Source: a virus
Virus record (IMG/VR): IMGVR_UViG_3300031251_000005
Coordinates: 23,977-87,976 of that record
Length of the DNA stretch: 64,000 nucleotides
Strand: one strand, 5' to 3'
Part shown: positions 40,281 to 49,022 of the stretch, in pieces
Numbering within the stretch: position 1 is the first letter of the stretch
Layout of the letters: every line of letters begins with the position of its first letter
Translations under genes and position numbers: made by a program
The notes under the pieces: generated by a model
Told to the model about the DNA's origin: nothing
The model's database searches: none
What the model saw: the letters and a program-made list of their open reading frames with translations, nothing else

Positions 40281-40387
40281 TTTAAAGATTAGAATTATTT
40301 TAATATATATATAATAGAAATGGTATTAGAATAGTATTGCATTATTCTAATCTTTTTAAATTAAATAGGAGTAAGAACATGAATTGG
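40281..40387 (+). promoter_or_regulatory. Promoter-hairpin-RBS cassette, copy 4
   Basis: Near-identical to 38759-38865, including the first three codons ATG AAT TGG. Confidence 0.9.
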
Positions 40388-40395
40388 GAGAAACC

Positions 40396-40878
40396 ATGAG
40401 CCTACCACTTAGAATTAAAATAGAAGTCATTATCTTAAAAGGTAATAAAGTGTGTGTAACAAAAACTGTACTAGAAGATGGATACACATTCTATGGATTT
40501 CCTGGTGGTGGAGTTGAAGATAAGGATTCCTATGAGGAAACTGCAAAGAAAGAATGCCTAGAAGAAGTCGGCATAGCGATTAAAGATGTCCACTACTTAG
40601 GATTAAATGTAATCCTTGCACCAACCTTTGTTAAAGAAGGTCGTGCTGAAAAATTTAGTGGCATTAATAAGTACACCTATGTTGCTACTTATGATAAAAT
40701 GGATAAGTCTTTACATGGCTCAGAAGGTGATGCATTAACCTATCAATGGCTAACTATTGATGAAGCTATACATAAGGTTTCTGATAATAGATTAAAGGCT
40801 GTTGTTGATAATAGAATTGAAGCCCTGAATAAAATTAAAGGATTAATTACTCATAACACACTTAAAGATTTAAAATAG
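40396..40878 (+). CDS. Nudix hydrolase
   Basis: Nudix box GGGVEDKDSYEETAKKECLEEVG. Confidence 0.9.
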   Translation: MSLPLRIKIEVIILKGNKVCVTKTVLEDGYTFYGFPGGGVEDKDSYEETAKKECLEEVGIAIKDVHYLGLNVILAPTFVKEGRAEKFSGINKYTYVATYDKMDKSLHGSEGDALTYQWLTIDEAIHKVSDNRLKAVVDNRIEALNKIKGLITHNTLKDLK

Positions 40879-41074
40879 AACAAACTAAAAATAAACCTTT
40901 AATCGGGTTTATTTTTTTTTCAGTATTTCTTAATAACTATTAATAAAGGGGATTTAAAGATGTTAGATCTTAGATACAGATTTACGAAAAGAAAAAGAAT
41001 TAATCATGTTGGTTTACCTCTGTATGTAAAAGGTAGAACTAAATATATGAAATTACCAGTGGATAGTTTCCAAG

Positions 41075-41374
41075 ATGGCTAAAGGTGATCTCGATAACAC
41101 ACCTCTTGCATTTCTGGAACAGGCTTTTGAATCTTGTGTCATCTACAAGACTAAAAAACCATCTGTTACCGAAGGTAAAGGTGGAAAAGATGGTAAAGTT
41201 ATTCCTGGTGATTCAAGACCAGATGTTGAAGGTAGTCAACGTCTACGCAAATTCATTACTCGTCTTGGTTTCCTAAGACTGGAAATTGATACTGCAATCA
41301 ATGATATGAAAATTGATTTGTTAGATGGTAATCACAATGCACTGATGGATATTTATCAGCTAGCATTACGCTAG
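41075..41374 (+). CDS. Hypothetical protein or gene fragment
   Basis: 99 aa; no clear RBS; its stop codon lies inside a half-copy of the 38712 hairpin. Confidence 0.4.
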   Translation: MAKGDLDNTPLAFLEQAFESCVIYKTKKPSVTEGKGGKDGKVIPGDSRPDVEGSQRLRKFITRLGFLRLEIDTAINDMKIDLLDGNHNALMDIYQLALR

Positions 41375-41488
41375 TAGTATCAATATTACCCCTATTTTTA
41401 TAAATTCGAATTTTTTGAATATATATATTGTCTTGGTGATATGATAGATTAATCTATCTTTAATTATAATTCTTTAGGAGTAGAGAAA

Positions 41489-42022
41489 ATGAAAGGTTTA
41501 ACACTGAAAGAAGAAATGGCTATGCTGGAAGGATATAATCAAGTTGACTTTGAAGAAATGTCAGAAACCGTGGTAATACAACAAGCGTTAGAATTATTTA
41601 ATGCGCACGGTGTGCAAATGGATTGGCCATCCGATGCTGATGGAATAGCAATGTTGGCAGAGAGTGCCAATTATGCAGCTAAAACTATAGATGAAGAATT
41701 CTATAGCTTAAAACCACTGTTAATAGATATAGCAGTTGGTAGAGGTGTGGAAAACCATGGATGGAATGGTGATGTATTTTTCATGGAAGGTGAAGAAACA
41801 GGGGTTATGTGTTTCCACGACCCATATGGGTCCATTAAAAGTACTGGATCATGGGATAAAACATGGTCTGGCGTTGAAAGACAATGGAGTGCTTTTAACA
41901 TTCTTAATAATAAGAGTGTTAGAAGATTATACAAAGAGTCTACTAGTCACACTGGAAGACTCTTTGGTTTAAAAGATTCAGTTGTGAGACGAATCGAAAA
42001 TCGGCTTTTAAAAGCCGCATAA
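41489..42022 (+). CDS. Hypothetical accessory protein
   Basis: AGGAG RBS; upstream variant promoter ttttttgaatatatatattg. Confidence 0.75.
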   Translation: MKGLTLKEEMAMLEGYNQVDFEEMSETVVIQQALELFNAHGVQMDWPSDADGIAMLAESANYAAKTIDEEFYSLKPLLIDIAVGRGVENHGWNGDVFFMEGEETGVMCFHDPYGSIKSTGSWDKTWSGVERQWSAFNILNNKSVRRLYKESTSHTGRLFGLKDSVVRRIENRLLKAA

Positions 42023-42046
42023 AAAAAAACAAATAGGAGTAAGAAC

Positions 42047-42346
42047 ATGAATAAGAAATTTGCGTTCATCAGTAGGCACCAACCTACTGATGAACAAAGG
42101 GTGATCTCTGCCAACGAAGGCATTGATCTGGTGGCAGTTGGGGATGCCGATGGCTTTTCTCTTACCCAAGGATGGGTAGATGATAAAGGTGCATTTGAAG
42201 GGGTGATAGTAGTTCACCCTGGAGCAGCACTATCACTAGCGCCCTATTTCGTTGTTGGAGTTTTCGAAAACTCCAACCGGGCACCAGAGGGGCAAGCCCC
42301 CACCTTCATCGCAAAGGAATTGCACTTGTATGATTTAAGGGGGTAA
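42047..42346 (+). CDS. Small alpha/beta protein with Csx15/16/20-like motifs (function speculative)
   Basis: FAFISRHQPTDEQ...GVIVVHPGAALSL; preceded by the 21-bp cassette 3' end aaataggagtaagaacatgaa. Confidence 0.5.
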   Translation: MNKKFAFISRHQPTDEQRVISANEGIDLVAVGDADGFSLTQGWVDDKGAFEGVIVVHPGAALSLAPYFVVGVFENSNRAPEGQAPTFIAKELHLYDLRG

Positions 42347-42352
42347 GTAATG

Positions 42353-42381
42353 GTAGTGATCAGCATTATGCTGATCACTAC
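42353..42381. terminator. Palindromic hairpin with a 1-nt centre
   Basis: gtagtgatcagcat-t-atgctgatcactac. Confidence 0.75.
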
Positions 42382-42466
42382 TAAATATTACTATCTTTAT
42401 TTTTTTTAAATAATTTTAATACATATATTATCTATTTAGTATTAATACTAAATAGGAGAAAATATT

Positions 42467-43237
42467 ATGAAAACTATCACTGTTGATAAAAACCAAATTA
42501 AATACTTTATTACTACACTTCAAAAAGTAACTGGGGATTTAAAAGACTTACCATACAACCTATTAAGCAACCCATACATAAAGAACGATTTACTTTTTCG
42601 TATAAATGAATCTAACACATTGTTAGTAAATGATATAATGTTAAACTATCTTATTCCTTTTTATGTCAATATACTTGAGTATGTAAATACTCGTGGGATG
42701 AATATAACACAACTTAATACTGCTTTAAATTTCTATTTAAAGGAAAATCCTATATCTAATCGATGTGCAATAATACCAAACGCTACGGATATAGATATAG
42801 TACTTGCCAAGTATGTAAAGAATATTGTTATTTATATACTCAGAGTTAGTATTGCAAAACCAGACTGTGATATAGAGATAAAGGATATATTATTAAATGA
42901 TGTAGTATGGTTATTACAATATTTTGATATTGATTTACAAGTTATAGATGATGATATAAATATTGTAAAAGAAGAATTAGAATCTATAGCATCATTTATA
43001 ATGCCAACCTCACCAAATTTATGTTGTCATATAGATTTAACAGTAAACAATTTAGTATGGTTTTATAAAACCCAGGAATGGTTATATATTGAGGATGTAG
43101 TATTAAATGATAAATTAGAGGGGGTATATTTATTGCTCAGTCAGAAGTTAGGACCAATCTGGGCTAATAGAACTGATCTATGGGAAAAATCATATATTGA
43201 ATCATTACAAATAAAATATCAAGAAAGATATAATTAG
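42467..43237 (+). CDS. Hypothetical protein
   Basis: 256 aa; ATACATATATTA at 42419 and AGGAG RBS. Confidence 0.7.
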   Translation: MKTITVDKNQIKYFITTLQKVTGDLKDLPYNLLSNPYIKNDLLFRINESNTLLVNDIMLNYLIPFYVNILEYVNTRGMNITQLNTALNFYLKENPISNRCAIIPNATDIDIVLAKYVKNIVIYILRVSIAKPDCDIEIKDILLNDVVWLLQYFDIDLQVIDDDINIVKEELESIASFIMPTSPNLCCHIDLTVNNLVWFYKTQEWLYIEDVVLNDKLEGVYLLLSQKLGPIWANRTDLWEKSYIESLQIKYQERYN

Positions 43238-43247
43238 GAGGAATTTT

Positions 43248-43418
43248 ATGAAAGAATCTATTAAAGATAGAATAACTAAGTCATTATTGGTTGCTGTAAA
43301 AGGTTTACCTCATTTTTCTATATATGTAAAAATAACACAATTATACCCAAACAAGTTGGATTCTATATCAGAATCTCTTATAGAAATATTAACTAAAATA
43401 GGAGTAATAAAAAAATGA
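43248..43418 (+). CDS. Small hypothetical protein (56 aa, not in the ORF track)
   Basis: Strong AGGAGG RBS; stop overlaps the next start as ATGA. Confidence 0.55.
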   Translation: MKESIKDRITKSLLVAVKGLPHFSIYVKITQLYPNKLDSISESLIEILTKIGVIKK

Positions 43419-43828
43419 GTAATAAAAAAATAGTAGAGTTATATGAATATGAGATACTTGCTTTATGTAATTTTCATAAAGAGCAAGAATACAATACATC
43501 AAATAAATGTGATTATGCTACTGCATCAGAGCATAACATTAGAGAAGCTCAGTTAAGAACCTCTATAGACAATATTAATATCTTAGATGTTTTAACCAAT
43601 AATAAAAATCCATATTTATATCTTTCTGTTAAATATAATATACCCTGGACTTATATATTATACAGAGAAATATTTAAATTCGCCAACCCTAGTAATTTAA
43701 TTGGTCTTACTATTACAGAAAAACAATTTGATGATTTAGATGTACCTACAAAAAATCTAATTATAAAAGAAATAGTTAATGAATGGGTATCATCAGGAGA
43801 TATTCCAAAAGGTATGTGGCTCCAATAA
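43415..43828 (+). CDS. Hypothetical protein
   Basis: 137 aa; AGGAG RBS. Confidence 0.65.
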   Translation: MSNKKIVELYEYEILALCNFHKEQEYNTSNKCDYATASEHNIREAQLRTSIDNINILDVLTNNKNPYLYLSVKYNIPWTYILYREIFKFANPSNLIGLTITEKQFDDLDVPTKNLIIKEIVNEWVSSGDIPKGMWLQ

Positions 43829-43897
43829 ACAATTAAGTAAACAGAAAGTAAATATGTAAGTTAGAATTTTTAAAAATAAATAAAATAGGTAATTAGA

Positions 43898-44293
43898 ATG
43901 TATCTTCCTTTAGAAAAGAAACAAAGAAACAAAAAAATCTTCATTGACTTCTTTGTTAATAAAGTGCCAGTTTCAGCTTTAATTAAAAAATATGGCATAT
44001 GTAAAAATGGTATTTATGTATTAATAACTAAGATGTTTAAGTTTGCTCTTAATCACGCTAAAATATATAGTGAGGATAATATACCATACATTACTAAAGT
44101 TATAAGTCAATCGAATAAAGCAGCTATTATAACTGTTAATGAAAATCTAGAATATTGGTTTACTGTATTAAGATACTATGTATTCGAAGAAGAAATAAAA
44201 AATAACAAAAGCATATATATGGGTTATATAAAGTGTTTACCTAAAGAGGAAATTACTTATTTAAGATTTTATGCTAATTATTTACGTAAATAA
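43898..44293 (+). CDS. Hypothetical protein, possible N-terminal HTH
   Basis: RNKKIF..F....PVSALIKKYGICKNGIY resembles a Mor/sigma-4-type HTH. Confidence 0.5.
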   Translation: MYLPLEKKQRNKKIFIDFFVNKVPVSALIKKYGICKNGIYVLITKMFKFALNHAKIYSEDNIPYITKVISQSNKAAIITVNENLEYWFTVLRYYVFEEEIKNNKSIYMGYIKCLPKEEITYLRFYANYLRK

Positions 44294-44331
44294 TCTTAAA
44301 TAAATAGAAAGCTTTTGTATAGATTTAAATA

Positions 44332-44363
44332 AGATAGTGAGTAGCCTAGGCTACTCACTATCT
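44332..44363. terminator. Perfect 32-bp palindrome between convergent genes
   Basis: agatagtgagtagcct|aggctactcactatct. Confidence 0.8.
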
Positions 44364-44368
44364 CTATT

Positions 44369-44512
44369 CTATTTTTTATTTTTTGGTTTATCATCAATTC
44401 TATCTACAAAATCATCTATCTTCTTTATATAATACATAAATTTAGAACCAGAGATTCTAATTATACAATAGATTAATCTTAACATGTCATATAAAAGTGC
44501 AAATAATTTCAT
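44369..44512 (-). CDS. Possible 47-aa protein
   Basis: AAGGA RBS; MKLFALLYDMLRLIYCIIRISG...KPKNKK*. Confidence 0.35.
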   Translation of the reverse strand: MKLFALLYDMLRLIYCIIRISGSKFMYYIKKIDDFVDRIDDKPKNKK

Positions 44513-44552
44513 AGGCTAGTTCCTTTTAGTGAATAATAATAATAATATATTA

Positions 44553-45377
44553 TTATTTAAAGTTTTTAATAATTTTATCTATAGATTCATTATGTGCATA
44601 TCCAGCTGTATGAGTTAAATATAAACATATAGAAATAGATTCTAATTCTTTAGCTGTCTGAGCAGCTAACTCTACTACTGGCTGTAGTTTTTCTTTATTA
44701 ATAACTGATAATTCATTTGCTGTATTTTTAGCACTAGCTAACTGATGTATTAATTTTGATACACTAGTAGCTCTTTGTGCCAATTTACCACTTAAAGCTT
44801 TATTAGATAAGATATTAAGATCAGTTATAATAGTAGTAGCATTATCTAATCCTTTTGAATCTTTATAAGTAGCAATAAATAATCTATTAGCTGTCCCACC
44901 ACTTACTGAGTCATTAAAGAATTTATGTAATTTATCAGTAGTGGCTTCTTCTTTGTATACATTAAGTGGTATACTAATCCAAGCTTTTTCACCATAAGTA
45001 GGATCAGTAATCATATTAGCAGCCCATTGTTCTAATGGTTTTAACAATCTATCTTCAATATCTATTACCTCTTTAAAAACACTATGTAATGTTTCTAAAT
45101 AAGGTATAATAGGTCCAGATACATATTCTGGGGTAATTATAGTAAAGTGTTCTAAATCGGTAGCTTTAGCTTTATTAATTAATTGTGCTGCTTTACTTTG
45201 TTCAGTTTTATTAATAGCTAATGGAAGTGCAGCTCTATTCTCAAATATTTTTAATACCTTACCAATAAAACCTGTATAAAAAGTAGTAAAACCTGTTAAG
45301 TTAAAACTACCATCTTCTAGACTAAAGTCTACACCATGTATATTAATATTGGAATCTAAAATAGTATCTAATTTCAT
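44553..45377 (-). CDS. Probable virion head protein with a short propeptide
   Basis: Divergent from recA; FSLE near the N-terminus fits the S/A/G-X-E prohead protease motif. Confidence 0.5.
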   Translation of the reverse strand: MKLDTILDSNINIHGVDFSLEDGSFNLTGFTTFYTGFIGKVLKIFENRAALPLAINKTEQSKAAQLINKAKATDLEHFTIITPEYVSGPIIPYLETLHSVFKEVIDIEDRLLKPLEQWAANMITDPTYGEKAWISIPLNVYKEEATTDKLHKFFNDSVSGGTANRLFIATYKDSKGLDNATTIITDLNILSNKALSGKLAQRATSVSKLIHQLASAKNTANELSVINKEKLQPVVELAAQTAKELESISICLYLTHTAGYAHNESIDKIIKNFK

Positions 45378-45456
45378 TTTTGTTTTTCCTAACAGTTTTA
45401 AAAGAATTAATTCTATCATCCTATACTAACACAGTGGTAGTAATGGAGATTTTAAC

Positions 45457-46923
45457 ATGTCTGTAAGTTCATTTGGTAATATACCAAGAATTCCTAATTT
45501 AAGACCAACCTTTAATATAGGTGCAGGCTTAGATATAATATCGGGTACCTATCATATTGGTGGATATGGTGAAAGTGTACTAAATGGAGGGCTATCTATT
45601 ATAAGTTCAGTAGCTGGACCTGGTAATGCTTTTAAATCCACTATTGTTGAATATATTATATTAACAGTAGCGGAGCGAATTAGTAACTTTAATGTATCTG
45701 TATATGATACTGAGATATCATTAACATATGATCGGCTAAATCAACTAGCTAAACGACATACTAAATTAAGCAAAATAGTACATGGTGATGAGTCATTACC
45801 ACCAGAACAAGAAAGGTTTAGAATTACATCATCAGCAGAAGTATTAGGTGATGAATACTTTGATCTAATATTAAAGTTAGCTGAAGATAAAAGAAAAGCA
45901 AAAATGCCTTTGGTTACTACACCATTTATGACAGCTAAAGGTGATGTAATTAAAGTATTACCACCTACTGGTGTTTTAATTGATAGTCTATCAGAGTTTA
46001 AAATAACAGCAGTAGAAGAGAATATAGTAGATAAGAATAAAATAGGTGAGTCTGGTAATAACATGATGTTTATGAGGCAAGGTGTTGCTAAAAAACAAAT
46101 GATTACACAATTACCTATTACTTGTGCACAATCTAGTATGTATTTTGCTTTAACAGCACATGTTGGTGATGAATTTGTTTTAGATGGTATGGCTCCTAAA
46201 AAGCATAAATTAACACATGCTAAAAAAGGCAGTAAAATAACAGGTACCACTAAAGCTTTTGAATTTATCAATACTATTCTATTAGAAATTTTTGATGCTT
46301 CTTTATTAAACAATAAAGATTATAATACTGGTGTGTTATATCCATTGTTAGATAGTGATAAAGAAGGTGGGTGCACTGATCTAATTAAAGTACATCTAAA
46401 GCTAACTAGAAATAAAAATGGTCCATCTGGAGCTTCTATTGATTTAATAGTATCGCAAAGAGAAGGTGTATTATCACATCTTAGTCAATTCCATTATATT
46501 AAAGAAGATAATAGATATGGGTTAACTGGTAATGTGCAATTCTATGCACTAGATTTAGTACCTGATGTTAAGTTATCTAGAACTACCGTAAGAGGTATTA
46601 TAGATAATAATTTGAAGGTACAGCGTGCATTGGAGATTACTTCTGAGTTATTACAGATTAGAAATTTCTGGGCTACCCTACCAGATGATCTCATGTGTAC
46701 ACCAGTAGAGCTTTATATAGATTTAATTAATCAAGGATATGATTGGGATATTCTATTAAACACTAGAGGATGGTGGTGCTATAGAGAACAAGATGTTGAA
46801 AATCTTCCTTTTTTAAGTACAATGGATTTATTAAGATTAAGAAAAGGTAAGTATTACCCATATTGGTTAAATGAAGATAAAAAAACTTTTAAGAAAGAGT
46901 TCAAACATCTTTTAAATAATTAA
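45457..46923 (+). CDS. uvsX: RecA/UvsX-like recombinase (phiKZ gp152-like)
   Basis: Variant Walker A GPGNAFKS, YDTE, Walker B VLIDS, TAHVG, RNKNGPSG. Confidence 0.85.
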   Translation: MSVSSFGNIPRIPNLRPTFNIGAGLDIISGTYHIGGYGESVLNGGLSIISSVAGPGNAFKSTIVEYIILTVAERISNFNVSVYDTEISLTYDRLNQLAKRHTKLSKIVHGDESLPPEQERFRITSSAEVLGDEYFDLILKLAEDKRKAKMPLVTTPFMTAKGDVIKVLPPTGVLIDSLSEFKITAVEENIVDKNKIGESGNNMMFMRQGVAKKQMITQLPITCAQSSMYFALTAHVGDEFVLDGMAPKKHKLTHAKKGSKITGTTKAFEFINTILLEIFDASLLNNKDYNTGVLYPLLDSDKEGGCTDLIKVHLKLTRNKNGPSGASIDLIVSQREGVLSHLSQFHYIKEDNRYGLTGNVQFYALDLVPDVKLSRTTVRGIIDNNLKVQRALEITSELLQIRNFWATLPDDLMCTPVELYIDLINQGYDWDILLNTRGWWCYREQDVENLPFLSTMDLLRLRKGKYYPYWLNEDKKTFKKEFKHLLNN

Positions 46924-46933
46924 AGAGGTAATT

Positions 46934-47161
46934 ATGTTTAAAGCTTTTATACAATTTGATAATATAGATGATTTAAAAATAGTTCGTAGCTCATTAAGCC
47001 AACTGGGTGATTCTATTATTACATCTGACTTTACTACAGGAATTATTACTATAACAACTGATTCTAAACATTTAACAGTTAAACAAGTAAAAGCTTTAAT
47101 AAATAGTTTAAATATACCTTATAAACGTTTATTTACAATTGTACCACGAATATTTTTTTGA
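46934..47161 (+). CDS. Hypothetical protein
   Basis: 75 aa; GAGGT RBS. Confidence 0.55.
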   Translation: MFKAFIQFDNIDDLKIVRSSLSQLGDSIITSDFTTGIITITTDSKHLTVKQVKALINSLNIPYKRLFTIVPRIFF

Positions 47162-47170
47162 GATGAGACT

Positions 47171-47476
47171 ATGTTAGATATTTTTGAGGAAACTTTCAAA
47201 GTATTTGAGAGTAAATATGGCACTGCTGTTGCTTTACAATTTGATAAAGTAGCTAGGTCAGCGTATGGTGGTAAAATACCAGAGTTAGAGGATGTTACTG
47301 AATCTGAACAAATTAAAATTATTAATAGCTTTTGGAGAAATATTTTAATAAAGTATCCAGATACTACAGAGTTACGTAGTTGGTTATGTGAAGGAAATAG
47401 TGTTGCTATTTACATCAATGCTTTTTATAATAATTGGTGTGAAAAGATTATTCAATTAGGCATAGTCAATGAATAG
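47171..47476 (+). CDS. Hypothetical protein
   Basis: 101 aa; overlaps the next start. Confidence 0.6.
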   Translation: MLDIFEETFKVFESKYGTAVALQFDKVARSAYGGKIPELEDVTESEQIKIINSFWRNILIKYPDTTELRSWLCEGNSVAIYINAFYNNWCEKIIQLGIVNE

Positions 47477-48131
47477 GGTAGAAATAACAAAATGGTTTCT
47501 AGATAAAGTAAATAAGTTACAACCAGGTAATAAGAATGTAGAAATGTATAAAAAACATTTTGATTCCTTATCTGATAAAGCTTTTGCTGAGTTAATGGAA
47601 AAGTTAGCATCTGGTAAAATAGTATTACCTTACATTAGTGCTAATTTAAAAGATAAAGATGTAGAAGTACCTAATGCTCTAAAAGTAGCTAAAGAGTTAG
47701 GTTTAAAGGTATTTCAAAGATTATGGCTAATAGATCCTGTTTCAGGTGTTAAATATTTAACACCTGAGGAATACTTTATAATTCATATGCCTGTACGTAG
47801 ACAATCACAGCATGTAATGAAAGGTAAGAAAGTAGTAGAGGATTCATCATTTATTGATTCACTAACTGGTCAACCAGCTGGTACATCTAAAACTAGCAGA
47901 TTATCATTACCAGAAATTATGAATCTAGATTCATTAGGCTTAAGAAATGGTATTGAAGAACTGATTTCTATAAGAGGTGGTAATGTAATAGCCTTTAGAG
48001 AATCAAAACGTAAGATTCTAACTACAGGTACTTATACTCTAAAAGAAATGAGAGAATTAGGCAGTAGAGCAGTTAGCAATGAAACATTGAAAAATCTACT
48101 ATTAGGTATGCATATATCTAGTAACGTATAA
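47469..48131 (+). CDS. Virion RNA polymerase beta subunit, C-terminal fragment (phiKZ gp149-like)
   Basis: DSLTGQPAGTSKTSRLSLPE...EELISIRGGN parallels bacterial RpoB [23 protein letters not shown]...QEMLTVKSDD. Confidence 0.8.
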   Translation: MNRVEITKWFLDKVNKLQPGNKNVEMYKKHFDSLSDKAFAELMEKLASGKIVLPYISANLKDKDVEVPNALKVAKELGLKVFQRLWLIDPVSGVKYLTPEEYFIIHMPVRRQSQHVMKGKKVVEDSSFIDSLTGQPAGTSKTSRLSLPEIMNLDSLGLRNGIEELISIRGGNVIAFRESKRKILTTGTYTLKEMRELGSRAVSNETLKNLLLGMHISSNV

Positions 48132-48152
48132 TTTTAAGTAAAGAGGTAATTT

Positions 48153-49022
48153 ATGGTTTTGCGATTAGGAGCAGAAGGTATAGAAGTGTCTTCAATGCAA
48201 GAAAAATTAAAGATACCTGTTACTGGTAGATTTGATAATGATACTCTAAAGGCGGTTCTTGAGTTTCAAAAGAATAATAACTTAGTAGCTGATGGGGTGG
48301 TTGGACAGAACACTTTAGATACTTTATTAAAATATAGTCAAAAGTATCCTAGAGGTCAAAACCCAACATTTATTCATATAGATGAATCTCCATTTACAGA
48401 TGTAGAAATATATGGAGAGATAAATATAAATAAGTTAGTTGGTTTAGTTCCACAATCAATTATTATGGAACTACCAATGGTATTAGAAACTTTTAATATT
48501 ACTAAGAATCTAGAATTAGCACATCTACTAGCTCAATGTGCACATGAAAGTAAAAACTTTACTGTAGTATATGAAAATCTTAATTATACCACAGATGGTC
48601 TTATGGCTGTATTTAAAGACTATTTTCATGATTCTATTAAAGCTTCAGCTTTTGCTCATAATCCAGAAAAAATAGCTAATCATGTTTATGCTAATAAAAA
48701 TGGAAATGGAAATGAGGAATCTGGGGATGGTTGGAAGTATAGAGGTAGAGGATATATAGAACTTACCGGTAAATATTTTTATGACTTATTTGGAGAGTAT
48801 TTAAAAGTAGATATTATTAACAAACCTGATCTAGTAGCTAATACTTATCCTTTATCATCAGCTGCTTATTTCTTTCATAAAAATAATATCTTTGAATTGT
48901 GTAAAGATTCTTCTTTAGATACTATAGTTAAAATAACTAGAAAAGTAAATGTAGCATTATTAGGTTTAGATCAACGTGCTAACTACTTTGATAAAATATA
49001 TTCAGTTTTATGCAAACAATAA
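48153..49022 (+). CDS. Modular endolysin: peptidoglycan-binding domain plus GH19 domain
   Basis: AVLEFQK.NNLVADGVVG..T; LAHLLAQCAHES, ENLNY, GDGWKYRGRGYIELTG. Confidence 0.9.
   Translation: MVLRLGAEGIEVSSMQEKLKIPVTGRFDNDTLKAVLEFQKNNNLVADGVVGQNTLDTLLKYSQKYPRGQNPTFIHIDESPFTDVEIYGEININKLVGLVPQSIIMELPMVLETFNITKNLELAHLLAQCAHESKNFTVVYENLNYTTDGLMAVFKDYFHDSIKASAFAHNPEKIANHVYANKNGNGNEESGDGWKYRGRGYIELTGKYFYDLFGEYLKVDIINKPDLVANTYPLSSAAYFFHKNNIFELCKDSSLDTIVKITRKVNVALLGLDQRANYFDKIYSVLCKQ

Noticed and set aside
389-42381. Integron with attC sites
   Set aside because: No tyrosine recombinase; the hairpins lack RYYYAAC/GTTRRRY ends and extrahelical bases.
45741-46313. Long antisense ORFs (45741, also 12272, 23234, 26420, 54273, 62310)
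   Set aside because: They lie opposite well-supported genes and reflect codon bias.
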